Positions 17,695 to 25,911 of a DNA stretch of 26,435 nucleotides are shown piece after piece (the first letter of the stretch is position 1; each line of letters opens with the position of its first letter). The DNA comes from an uncultured Bacteroidales bacterium (GTDB lineage Bacteria; Bacteroidota; Bacteroidia; Bacteroidales; F082): assembly GCA_937884015.1 (NCBI GenBank), contig CALGBV010000354.1, positions 1 through 26,435 on the forward strand, in the 5' to 3' direction. Below the pieces are notes generated by a model, which saw nothing but the letters and a program-made list of their open reading frames with translations, was not told where the DNA came from and ran no database searches. The position numbers were made by a program, and so were the translations under genes.

Positions 17695-18516
17695 ATGAGA
17701 AAAGCATTCAAGATTATCATTATCGCCCTGCTGATTACGGCAGGCAGTATCGGAAGCGCCCAGGCCCAAAGAAGAGCCATCAGATACTTAGCGAATTACG
17801 AAAACGAACCTTACCATTTCGGTTTCCTTTTGGGATTCAATTCCATGATGTATACCGTCAAAACGGTGGATAACTACCAGAACATTCCTCACGCACCAAC
17901 CCAATGGCCCGGCGGAACATTCAACCCGGAACAAACCCAAAACCTATACATTTACAATGTGGAGACTCAAATTGTTCCCGGATTCACCGTAGGCATCATC
18001 GGCAGCAAACGCTTAGGAAAATATTTCGACCTAAGATTCATCCCATCACTGAGTTTCGGCGAAAGAAGGCTCAATTATGACATTGCCATCCAAGGAAAAG
18101 CCTCGCAGCAAATCGACACGATAAAAATCGCAGAAAAACCCATTTTCTCTACTTTCGTTGAATTCCCGCTGCAAGTCAAATACCGTTCGAAACGTCTGAA
18201 CAACATCGGTGCTTACCTCCTCGGCGGCGTCAATCCGAAACTCGACCTTGCCTCGCAGAAAAAGAACCAAATCGACATCATGCAAGATGACGGAACCGTG
18301 GTCAGCACCATCAACAATTTGGTTACCAAGCGTTTCGACTGTGCTTTGGAAGTCGGTGCCGGTTTCGACATTTACAATCAATGGTTCAAGATGGGCATTG
18401 AAGTAAAAATGAGCTACGGCATTTTGGATGTCGTGAAAAGTCCAGCTTTCATTTACACGGCTCCTATCGACAAACTGCGCAACAAGATGTTTCAGGTATC
18501 GATGACATTTGAATAA
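17695..18516 (+). CDS. porT: Type IX secretion system outer-membrane beta-barrel PorT/SprT
   Basis: Start re-set to ATG 17695 (signal peptide); YHFGFLLGFN, PGFTVGII, FDLRFIPSLSFGERRL, EFPLQVKYRSKRLNN and C-terminal TFE; follows ubiE. Confidence 0.85.
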   Translation: MRKAFKIIIIALLITAGSIGSAQAQRRAIRYLANYENEPYHFGFLLGFNSMMYTVKTVDNYQNIPHAPTQWPGGTFNPEQTQNLYIYNVETQIVPGFTVGIIGSKRLGKYFDLRFIPSLSFGERRLNYDIAIQGKASQQIDTIKIAEKPIFSTFVEFPLQVKYRSKRLNNIGAYLLGGVNPKLDLASQKKNQIDIMQDDGTVVSTINNLVTKRFDCALEVGAGFDIYNQWFKMGIEVKMSYGILDVVKSPAFIYTAPIDKLRNKMFQVSMTFE

Positions 18517-18601
18517 AAAAAATATTCGATTAAAAATCAATTACTTACAACAAAATTCAGAAATAATTTCATTTTTTTCTTGCGCGTATTGATTTTTTAT
18601 C

Positions 18602-18609
18602 TACTTTTG
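18602..18609 (+). promoter_or_regulatory. -7 promoter box (TACTTTTG) for tRNA-Glu
   Basis: tacttttgc 42 nt upstream of the tRNA, with AT-rich upstream sequence. Confidence 0.7.
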
Positions 18610-18651
18610 CACCGTCAAACAAACCAATAAGGGCTGCAAGACAAACCAAGT

Positions 18652-18725
18652 GGTCTCTTCGTCTAGTCTGGTCAGGACGTCAGGTTTTCATCCTGGTAAC
18701 TCGGGTTCAAATCCCGGAGAGACTA
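18652..18725 (+). tRNA. tRNA-Glu (anticodon TTC)
   Basis: Acceptor stem ggtctct/agagact, D-arm gtctagtctggtcaggac, anticodon arm tcagg-ttTTCat-cctgg, T-arm cgggttcaaatcccg; CCA not encoded. Confidence 0.95.
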
Positions 18726-18726
18726 C

Positions 18727-18753
18727 AAAGCTCGCTGAAAAGCGGGCTTTTTT
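18727..18753 (+). terminator. Intrinsic terminator after tRNA-Glu
   Basis: aaagctcgct-gaaa-agcgggcttt plus ttt (GAAA tetraloop, U-tract). Confidence 0.85.
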
Positions 18754-18772
18754 CATTTAATCCTATTGCATT

Positions 18773-19735
18773 ATGCCAAAACTGCAAGTCATCATCAGCA
18801 CACAATACGACCCGTTTTTGAACCGCGCGGTCGAAGCATATCTCGTCGACCACCAGGAAGAAGACACCGTCACGATGTATCTTTGGAAAAACCAGCAGAC
18901 CGTCGTCATCGGCTACAACCAAAACCCTTATTCCGAGTGCAATGTCAAGATGCTTCTTGACGAAGGCGGTCATGTCATGCGACGCGGCACTGGCGGTGGT
19001 GCCGTCTACCACGACCTCGGCAACATCAACTTTTCTTTCGTTGCCAATCGCAAGAACTACGATGTTCGCAAGCAACTATCTGTCATTCAGGATGCTCTGC
19101 TGAATTATGGCTTGGAAACTGAAATCTCAGGGCGAAACGACCTCACCTACCAAGGACGCAAATTCTCGGGCAATGCTTTCTCAAAAGGCAACAACAACCT
19201 GCATCACGGCACCATTCTCATCAAGACCGATGGCGAAAATATGATGCGTTACCTCACTGTCAATCAGGCGAAACTGCAAAAACACGGCGTGAAAAGCGTC
19301 AGCAGCCGCGTCATCAATCTGAGCGAAGCCGTTCCCGAACTCACTTCCGAAAACATCAAGGAACCATTGATCCGTTCATTTGGGAAAATCTACGGCGGCG
19401 CACCTGCCATACTCAATTTTGAAACATTATCGCAAAACGAAGAAGTGCAAGCCACCGCAAAGCGCATTTCATCTTTCGATTTCCTTTTCGCCCGCTGGGA
19501 ACATTTCAAGACCACCAAGCGCGCCCAATTTGACTGGGGTGCCGTTGAAATTTCGCTCCACATCAACGAAGCCGAAAGCATCATCAACGACATTCAGATT
19601 GCCTCCGACTGCCTTGACACGGAAATCATCGCCCAAGCCGAGCGACTGCTGAAAGGCTGCAGCACACACAACACTCCTGAATTTGACGCATCCAATGCAA
19701 TGCTCAAAGATATTGTCAGATTGATTTACGGGTAA
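18773..19735 (+). CDS. lplA: Lipoate--protein ligase A
   Basis: YLWKN..TVVIGYNQNP, RRGTGGGAVYHDLGNINFSF, GRNDL, KFSGNAF, HHGTIL and KHGVKSVSSRV. Confidence 0.93.
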   Translation: MPKLQVIISTQYDPFLNRAVEAYLVDHQEEDTVTMYLWKNQQTVVIGYNQNPYSECNVKMLLDEGGHVMRRGTGGGAVYHDLGNINFSFVANRKNYDVRKQLSVIQDALLNYGLETEISGRNDLTYQGRKFSGNAFSKGNNNLHHGTILIKTDGENMMRYLTVNQAKLQKHGVKSVSSRVINLSEAVPELTSENIKEPLIRSFGKIYGGAPAILNFETLSQNEEVQATAKRISSFDFLFARWEHFKTTKRAQFDWGAVEISLHINEAESIINDIQIASDCLDTEIIAQAERLLKGCSTHNTPEFDASNAMLKDIVRLIYG

Positions 19736-19739
19736 TATT

Positions 19740-19767
19740 TAGCCCCAGATTTTTCAATCCAGGGCTA
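19740..19767. terminator. Imperfect hairpin between convergent lplA and exported protein genes
   Basis: tagccc...gggcta with an internal gat/atc pair. Confidence 0.4.
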
Positions 19768-19791
19768 TGAAAACACACTACCACTTATTCC

Positions 19792-20976
19792 TCATTTCAC
19801 CACAAACCGCACCAACCGCAACGGCATTCCATCATAGTCTTTAAGCTCCTGAATACCATAAAGATAACCATTGTAGAACACGAAGCGGTTTTTGGTAATG
19901 GCAAGGTCGTATTCATCGCTCGTGAAAGTGCATTGCTCAACCGTTTTTCCTTCGCTCACCGAATAGGCACGGCACTGGTTTTTGCCCGATTCCGAAGGAT
20001 TCAGAAAATACAGAATATTATCCTGAACACCTTGAATGGCAATCGTATAATAGCCCATATTAATTGGTTTGGTGATATGCTTCAGGCCTTCTTCACATAA
20101 CGGGATAAATTTTTCATAATACGAAGTCTCCATCTCAGATTTGTTTTGCAGAGCCTTTTCTTTCGAATTTTTTATCTTTTCTCTCTGCATTTTCATCTGC
20201 TCTTCCACCGACAACACCGTCGGCTGCCAATCCACTTTCTTTTCGGAAACCTTGTTACCATTAAAATCATAGAAACGAATCAAGCCGTCAATCGGCGTGG
20301 AAACCACAAGTTGCCCATTGATTGTTGCAATATGCAAATCGGCGGTCCGACCCTTTCTGATACCTTCCGCAACGACATAATAATCCGTGTCTTTCAGCGG
20401 TTTATCCTTAAATGCGTCACAAACAATCTTGTCCTTGCCCGTATTGACATTGAGAATCGAGACAAAATTACGATATTTATTGGACCAAGAGCAACCACCG
20501 AAAATGGCAATGTGACTGTCATCCAAAGTCAACATTTCCAAGGACTGGTATTTTATTTTCAATTCCTTAACAATCAATCCGTTGTCATCGAAGAAATAAA
20601 TATCGCCCATATTGTTGGCTTCCGTATAGAACAGGTTGCCAATTCTTCCACCTATCCTCTGGATATTATAAGGCTTCTTGTTCTTGTCAGCGAAATGTAT
20701 TACGATGTCTTTCAGGAATTTACCATTTGCATCGAACACCGAATACCTGTTTCTTGTGGCATGGCTGACAATGGCTTTCCCATCATCATACAAAACGAGA
20801 CGCTTTCGCAATCCAATTTTGAAACAGTCATCTAACTTGTCATAGTAACTGTCGAAGACCTTGTCCCAATTGTTTCCGACACCGTATGTTTTGTCAGCAA
20901 CGAGTTTAATCTCTTGTGCATCAGCGAAATGGAAGGCAATAAATGCCAACGCGATAATCAAAAATAACTTTTTCAT
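19792..20976 (-). CDS. Exported hypothetical protein, possibly beta-propeller
   Basis: Sec signal MKKLFLIIALAFIAFHFADA; recurring blade-like motifs YSVFDANGKFLK, IYFFDDNGLIVK and IRFYDFNGNKVS; last gene of the ECF operon. Confidence 0.7.
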   Translation of the reverse strand: MKKLFLIIALAFIAFHFADAQEIKLVADKTYGVGNNWDKVFDSYYDKLDDCFKIGLRKRLVLYDDGKAIVSHATRNRYSVFDANGKFLKDIVIHFADKNKKPYNIQRIGGRIGNLFYTEANNMGDIYFFDDNGLIVKELKIKYQSLEMLTLDDSHIAIFGGCSWSNKYRNFVSILNVNTGKDKIVCDAFKDKPLKDTDYYVVAEGIRKGRTADLHIATINGQLVVSTPIDGLIRFYDFNGNKVSEKKVDWQPTVLSVEEQMKMQREKIKNSKEKALQNKSEMETSYYEKFIPLCEEGLKHITKPINMGYYTIAIQGVQDNILYFLNPSESGKNQCRAYSVSEGKTVEQCTFTSDEYDLAITKNRFVFYNGYLYGIQELKDYDGMPLRLVRFVVK

Positions 20977-20994
20977 GATGTTTAATAATTTAGT

Positions 20995-21435
20995 TTATAA
21001 TTGTTCTTGAATCTGTGATTTTATCTCATACAAAGCGAGTTCCTGTTCCGAAAACGGCTTGTTGGCATCATATTCCTCAATCGTGTAATAGTCATAAAAC
21101 GGCTCAATCGGTTTTGTGCGCGAATTGAAAAAACTGATAATCAGGAACAAAAGTGCGACCGCGCAAGCCGCCGACAAGGACGAAATAATGGCAATGTGAA
21201 TGGCTCTGTCTTTTGAAACCATTTCCTTTTTCATGCTGAATGGCGGAATCTCAACATCGGCAGGAACCGATTTTTCCAACGTTTGCTTCACCTTTTCGGA
21301 AAGCGCACGCTGTTCATCAACTTTTTGCCTGCACGAAGCACAATCTGCAAGGTGCGATTCGATGACCTGGCTTTCATTTTCCGTTAATTCGCCATCAATG
21401 TATTTCTGTATCAATATGTTATCCAAATGTTTCAT
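20995..21435 (-). CDS. Zinc-binding anti-sigma factor (zf-HC2/ZAS) with one TM helix
   Basis: KYIDGEL...ESHLADCASC (HxxxCxxC), followed by a hydrophobic helix and short C-terminal tail; overlaps the sigma gene stop. Confidence 0.85.
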   Translation of the reverse strand: MKHLDNILIQKYIDGELTENESQVIESHLADCASCRQKVDEQRALSEKVKQTLEKSVPADVEIPPFSMKKEMVSKDRAIHIAIISSLSAACAVALLFLIISFFNSRTKPIEPFYDYYTIEEYDANKPFSEQELALYEIKSQIQEQL

Positions 21436-21902
21436 TGCAATTGCTTTTTAATCTTTTCCATGATTCTCGACAAGGTCTTCCCTAACGAATTGAATTTCTT
21501 TCCCGTGATTTCAGCGATTTCCTTATAGGAATAACCCTCGCTGTAAAGCACAATCATTGTCTTTTCCTTTTCGTCAAGATGTTCCACAACATTCAGGATT
21601 TCAGACACATCGTTTTGATTTTCAATAATATTTGCAAAACAATTTTCATCCGTCTGCATGTTTTCAATAACAATGAGTCTCGCGTTTTTACGCCTGTAGT
21701 CCACACCTTTATTAATAGTGCTTCTGACTAACCATTTTTCCACCTCGTTGATGGATTTTTTGCCTTGCAGCGCATAATAATATGCGGTGAAGACATCCTG
21801 CACGACATCCTTTGCACCCTCAGAATCCTGCAACAATTTTGTTGCAATCCTGAACAGTTTCGGGTAAAAGTTTCGATATGTCTTTTCAAATTCGGATTCC
21901 AT
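21432..21902 (-). CDS. ECF RNA polymerase sigma-70 factor
   Basis: Region 2 AKDVVQDVF...EKWLVRSTINKGVDYRRK; region 4 EGYSYKEIAEITG...LSR. Confidence 0.9.
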   Translation of the reverse strand: MESEFEKTYRNFYPKLFRIATKLLQDSEGAKDVVQDVFTAYYYALQGKKSINEVEKWLVRSTINKGVDYRRKNARLIVIENMQTDENCFANIIENQNDVSEILNVVEHLDEKEKTMIVLYSEGYSYKEIAEITGKKFNSLGKTLSRIMEKIKKQLQ

Positions 21903-21919
21903 CTTGGAGATTTTACACC

Positions 21920-21977
21920 TATAAGACGATTGAGGAGGCCGTTTTGTGACACAAAAGTAAAATTTTCCCTATTTTTG
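21920..21977. promoter_or_regulatory. Divergent control region: ECF-type promoter GTCAC-N17-CGTCTTATA (-), sigma-A box TACTTTTG (-, 21952-21959), sigma-A box TATTTTTG (+, 21970-21977)
   Basis: Minus strand reads ttacttttgtgtcacaaaacggcctcctcaatcgtcttata; plus strand has tatttttgc upstream of miaB. Confidence 0.55.
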
Positions 21978-22000
21978 CAACCCAAAACTTAACTCACACA

Positions 22001-23383
22001 ATGAAATACTACCTTCTCCCTTTAGGTTGCCAGATGAACCAAAGCGACACAGGCCGTGTGCGCACCGTGTTGCACCGCATGGGATTTGTCCCGACCGACA
22101 ATGAAGACGAAGCCACCATTTTAGGTGTCATCGCCTGCTCCGTGCGGCAGAAAGGCATCGACAAAGTGTATGGCCGCATCGAGAAATGGAACGCCATGAA
22201 AAACCGCCAGAATGTCATCACCTTTGTATCGGGCTGCATTCTGCCTGCCGACCGCGTGCGTTTCCTCAAGCTCTTCGATTTGGTATTCCCGATGAACGAA
22301 CTGCCAAACTTCCCCGACATGATCCGTCAGTATGGCATCGTCACGCCGGCATCCTTGAAAATGGGAGAAGAAATTCCGTATCAGCCTGTGGTTCAGCCAC
22401 AAATGCCGCTATTCAACAAGCACGACAAGGTGAATCCTTCGGCAAACATGGAACCTTTCTGGGCCATCACGCCTTGCCAAGCGTCGACTTTCGAGGCGTT
22501 CATCCCAATTCAAAACGGCTGCAACAAGTTCTGCACTTACTGTGCCGTGCCTTACACCAGAGGCCGCGAAGTGTCGCGCCCAAGCGAAGACATTTTGGCC
22601 GAACTGAAGAGTCTCGTAGAAAGAGACTACAAACGTATCACCCTGTTGGGGCAGAATGTCAATTCGTATGGCTTGGACAAAAACGGCGAGGAAATCAATT
22701 TCGCCGAACTGCTGCGCCGTGTCGGTGAATATGGCAAGACATCAGGCAAGGAGTTTTGGGTGTATTTCACCTCGCCGCATCCACGCGACATGACTGACGA
22801 AGTCATCGAAGTCATCGCGCAATACGATTGTCTCGCCAAGCAGATTCACATCCCGATTCAATCGGGCGACGATGCCATGCTGCAACGCATGAACCGTCAT
22901 CACAATATGGAGACTTATCGTCATATAATTCAGACTATCAGACAGGTACTGCCAACAGCAACCATTTTCACTGATATTATCGTCGGCTTCACCCACGAGA
23001 GCGAAGAGGAATTTGAAAACACACGCAAAGCCATGGAAGAATTCAAATACAACATGGCTTACATCGCCCAATACAGCGTGCGTGAAGGCGCCGTCGCCTC
23101 CGGCTGGGACGACGACATCACAAAAGAAGTGAAGCGCGAGCGTTACCATCGCCTCACCGACGAATTGATGAAACACAGCCTCGTTTACAACGAAAGCCTG
23201 GTCGGCACGACCGTAAAGATGCTTGTTGAAGACCACGACCGCAAGAGCGGTTACCTCAACGGTCACACCGAAGGCAAGATTGTCATCCGCTTTGCCTCCG
23301 ACGACGAAAGCCTCATCGGCCAGATCGTCAAGGTGAAAGTGACAGCTGCCACACCACTTTCCATTGAAGGAGAACTGATATAA
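22001..23383 (+). CDS. miaB: tRNA-2-methylthio-N6-dimethylallyladenosine synthase (radical SAM methylthiotransferase)
   Basis: GCQMN, CSVRQK, SGC, radical SAM GCNKFCTYCAVPYTRGRE, LLGQNVNSY, FTSPHP, HIPIQSG, TDIIVGF and C-terminal TRAM domain. Confidence 0.9.
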   Translation: MKYYLLPLGCQMNQSDTGRVRTVLHRMGFVPTDNEDEATILGVIACSVRQKGIDKVYGRIEKWNAMKNRQNVITFVSGCILPADRVRFLKLFDLVFPMNELPNFPDMIRQYGIVTPASLKMGEEIPYQPVVQPQMPLFNKHDKVNPSANMEPFWAITPCQASTFEAFIPIQNGCNKFCTYCAVPYTRGREVSRPSEDILAELKSLVERDYKRITLLGQNVNSYGLDKNGEEINFAELLRRVGEYGKTSGKEFWVYFTSPHPRDMTDEVIEVIAQYDCLAKQIHIPIQSGDDAMLQRMNRHHNMETYRHIIQTIRQVLPTATIFTDIIVGFTHESEEEFENTRKAMEEFKYNMAYIAQYSVREGAVASGWDDDITKEVKRERYHRLTDELMKHSLVYNESLVGTTVKMLVEDHDRKSGYLNGHTEGKIVIRFASDDESLIGQIVKVKVTAATPLSIEGELI

Positions 23384-24675
23384 TGACGAAGATTGCATTC
23401 AAGACATTGGGCTGCCGCGTCAACCTGTTTGAGACTGACGCTTTGGCATCGCGATTCAAGGCCAACGGCTACGAAATAGCCGAAAGCAGCGAAAGCGCCG
23501 ATGTCTTCATTGTCAACACCTGCACCGTCACCAACCAGAGTGACCAAAAATGCCGCCAGGCCATCCATCAGATACGACGCAAGAATCCCGATGCGCTGAT
23601 TGCCATCACGGGATGCATGGTCAACAATTACAAGGAAGAGTTGCTCCAATCGGGCATTGCCGACTATGTCATCGACAATGAGCGCAAAGCCGCCATTTTT
23701 GACATCATCAACGACCATTTCCAAAAAGGTGCCAGCGACCCAGAAGGTTACGACCGCGACCTTTTCAGTTATCAGCCAGCTTTCGATACGTTTCACACGC
23801 GCAGCCTCATCAAGATTCACGACGGCTGCAACAACTACTGCTCCTACTGCATCATTCCGACCGTAAGAGGCCGCAGCACCAGCCGACCTGCGGAAGATAT
23901 CTATCACAATATCAGGGAAGTCGTCGCCCACGGTTTCAAGGAAATCGTTCTGACCGGCGTCAACATGGGACGTTATCAACACGAAGGCACCAATTTCGAG
24001 CAACTCGTTGAAAACATTCTCAACATCGATGGTGATTTTCGCGTGCGCGTCTCCTCCATTGAGCCAGACCAGTTTTCCGACCGTTTTCTCGAACTCTTCC
24101 AGCACGAAAAACTGGCACCACACATGCACATCTGCCTGCAAAGCGGTTGCGAAAACACGCTCCGGCAAATGCACCGTTTTTACTCTGCCGCCCAATTCCG
24201 CGAGATGTGCGAAAGAATCAAGGCCTTCCGCCCAGATTTCAACATCACGACCGACATCATCGTAGGTTTCCCAGGCGAGACCGATGCCGATTTCAAAGAA
24301 AGTTGTGACTTTGCACGCGAAATCGGGTTCAGCCACATTCACACCTTTAAATATTCCGTGCGTAGTGGCACCAAAGCCGCCACTATGCCCAACCAGGTTC
24401 CCGAAAAAGTCAAAAGCGAACGCAGCGAAATCATGCGCGCCATTTCCTTGGAGAACAAAAACCACTATTTCGGCATGATGCAAGGCCACACCCAACGCAT
24501 GCTGATTGAGCGCATCGACGCCAAAGGCACGGCAAAAGGCTATGGCGAAAACTACATTCCGATACAAATCAAGGCCATTAATGTCGAAAGAAACACCTTT
24601 ATTAATATAAGACTTTCGGAAATCGAGCATTGCAACGATGAAGACAAGATGAACTTTACAGGGATAATAATTTGA
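23383..24675 (+). CDS. mtaB: tRNA t6A37 methylthiotransferase (MtaB family)
   Basis: TLGCRVNLFET, VNTCTVT, TGC, DGCNNYCSYCIIP..RGRS, EIVLTGVNMG, RVSSIEP and TDIIVGFPGET; TAATG overlap with miaB. Confidence 0.87.
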   Translation: MTKIAFKTLGCRVNLFETDALASRFKANGYEIAESSESADVFIVNTCTVTNQSDQKCRQAIHQIRRKNPDALIAITGCMVNNYKEELLQSGIADYVIDNERKAAIFDIINDHFQKGASDPEGYDRDLFSYQPAFDTFHTRSLIKIHDGCNNYCSYCIIPTVRGRSTSRPAEDIYHNIREVVAHGFKEIVLTGVNMGRYQHEGTNFEQLVENILNIDGDFRVRVSSIEPDQFSDRFLELFQHEKLAPHMHICLQSGCENTLRQMHRFYSAAQFREMCERIKAFRPDFNITTDIIVGFPGETDADFKESCDFAREIGFSHIHTFKYSVRSGTKAATMPNQVPEKVKSERSEIMRAISLENKNHYFGMMQGHTQRMLIERIDAKGTAKGYGENYIPIQIKAINVERNTFINIRLSEIEHCNDEDKMNFTGIII

Positions 24676-24753
24676 TTATCAATGATTTAAAATTTTACAA
24701 CTCAGAAAGATTAAAAAAATTGAAATTTTAAGCGTTTGTAACAAGAAAAGTTG

Positions 24754-24761
24754 TAATTTTG
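24754..24761 (+). promoter_or_regulatory. -7 promoter box (TAATTTTG) for rpsT
   Basis: taattttgc 38 nt upstream of rpsT. Confidence 0.7.
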
Positions 24762-24799
24762 CACCCCGATAAAGAAAGAAACAAAAAGTAAAAATAGAT

Positions 24800-25054
24800 A
24801 TGGCAAATCACAAATCGTCACTCAAGAGAATTCGTCAGACAGAAAAAAGACGTTTGCACAACCGCTACTATGCTAAGAGCATGCGTAACGAAGTTAGAAA
24901 GTTCAGAACATTGACCGACAAGTCTGAAGCAGAAACCAAGCTGCCAAAGATGTACTCAATCATTGACAAGGTTGCCAAGCGTGGTATCATCCACAAGAAC
25001 AAGGCTGCCAATCTGAAGTCAAAGCTGACGAAATACACAGCAAAGTTGGCTTAA
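24800..25054 (+). CDS. rpsT: 30S ribosomal protein S20
   Basis: [13 protein letters not shown]...[14 protein letters not shown]. Confidence 0.98.
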   Translation: MANHKSSLKRIRQTEKRRLHNRYYAKSMRNEVRKFRTLTDKSEAETKLPKMYSIIDKVAKRGIIHKNKAANLKSKLTKYTAKLA

Positions 25055-25080
25055 TAAGAGTTTTTTCATCATAATGTTGG

Positions 25081-25114
25081 AAGCCTCTCCTGGTTTTTCG
25101 GGGGAGGTTTTTTT
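25081..25114 (+). terminator. Intrinsic terminator after rpsT
   Basis: gcctctcctg-gttttt-cgggggaggt stem (with G-U pairs) followed by a T run. Confidence 0.8.
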
Positions 25115-25190
25115 ATTTTCGCCACAAATTTGCGTTGATAGACCTCCTTTTTTTACTAATTTTACCGCCCAAAACTAACCCACAAAAAGA

Positions 25191-25892
25191 ATGACAGACA
25201 TTTCCGAAAAGAAATCCATCAAGAATTGGGCGGCAGACGACCGGCCCAGAGAGAAAATGATTGCCAAGGGCAAGACCGCCTTGAGCAATGCCGAACTCAT
25301 TGCCATCCTCATCGGATCCGGCAACAACACCATGTCGGCGGTCGAGTTGGCACGCGAAATCCTCGACAGTGTCGGCAACAACCTTATCGACCTCTCAAAC
25401 CTCAGCCTTGACGAACTGATGACCCACAAGGGCATTGGCGAAGCAAAAGCCATCAGCATTGCCGCCGCTTTAGAACTCGGCAAACGTCGCCGTGGCGCAG
25501 AAGCCACACACAAAAGCACCGTCAACACGGCAGTAGATGCTTACGAGTACTTCCTGCCACACATCGAAGATTTCGGTCAGGAGCATTTTCTCGTTATGCA
25601 TCTCAACCGAAGCAATCAGGTATTGAAAATCGAGTGCATCAGCACTGGAGGCATCACCAACACCATAGCCGACCCGAAAATCATTTTCAAGAAAGCACTG
25701 ACACTCAACGCAACAGCCATCATTCTTTGCCACAACCATCCTTCTGGCAATCCCAGACCAAGCCAAGAAGACTTTAACCTGACACACAAACTGAGAGCCG
25801 CCGGAAAACTACTTGACATCAGCGTTGTGGACCATATTATTGTTGGTGCAGAAAAATATTACAGTTTCGCCGAAAACGGAACATTAGAATAA
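25191..25892 (+). CDS. radC: RadC/UPF0758 JAB-domain protein
   Basis: [28 protein letters not shown] and JAMM motif [14 protein letters not shown]...DHIIV. Confidence 0.95.
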   Translation: MTDISEKKSIKNWAADDRPREKMIAKGKTALSNAELIAILIGSGNNTMSAVELAREILDSVGNNLIDLSNLSLDELMTHKGIGEAKAISIAAALELGKRRRGAEATHKSTVNTAVDAYEYFLPHIEDFGQEHFLVMHLNRSNQVLKIECISTGGITNTIADPKIIFKKALTLNATAIILCHNHPSGNPRPSQEDFNLTHKLRAAGKLLDISVVDHIIVGAEKYYSFAENGTLE

Positions 25893-25911
25893 TCGCAACA
25901 AATTGGAAAAC

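Noticed and set aside
5789..17695. ORF-track starts for lolA (5789), lpxA (9541), lpxC (10518), hypothetical (12240), ubiE (16800) and porT (17593)
   Set aside because: The upstream extensions overlap neighbouring genes or promoter boxes, or use non-ATG starts; downstream ATGs give canonical N-termini or signal peptides.
18707..19075. Minus-strand ORF overlapping the tRNA and lplA
   Set aside because: Antisense to lplA and tRNA-Glu; no motif support.
23263..24630. 455-aa antisense ORF opposite mtaB (also 802-1410, 5720-6451, 10808-11386, 20146-20835, 22742-23398)
   Set aside because: Shadow ORFs opposite well-supported genes, with no recognisable motifs; explained by codon bias of the real genes.
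18700..24800. Integrated element with att duplication of the tRNA-Glu 3' end
   Set aside because: No second copy of ttcaaatcccggagagacta found by eye and no integrase present.
25191..25892. radC as marker of a mobile or anti-restriction element
   Set aside because: Full-length HhH+JAB chromosomal form next to rpsT, without mobile genes.
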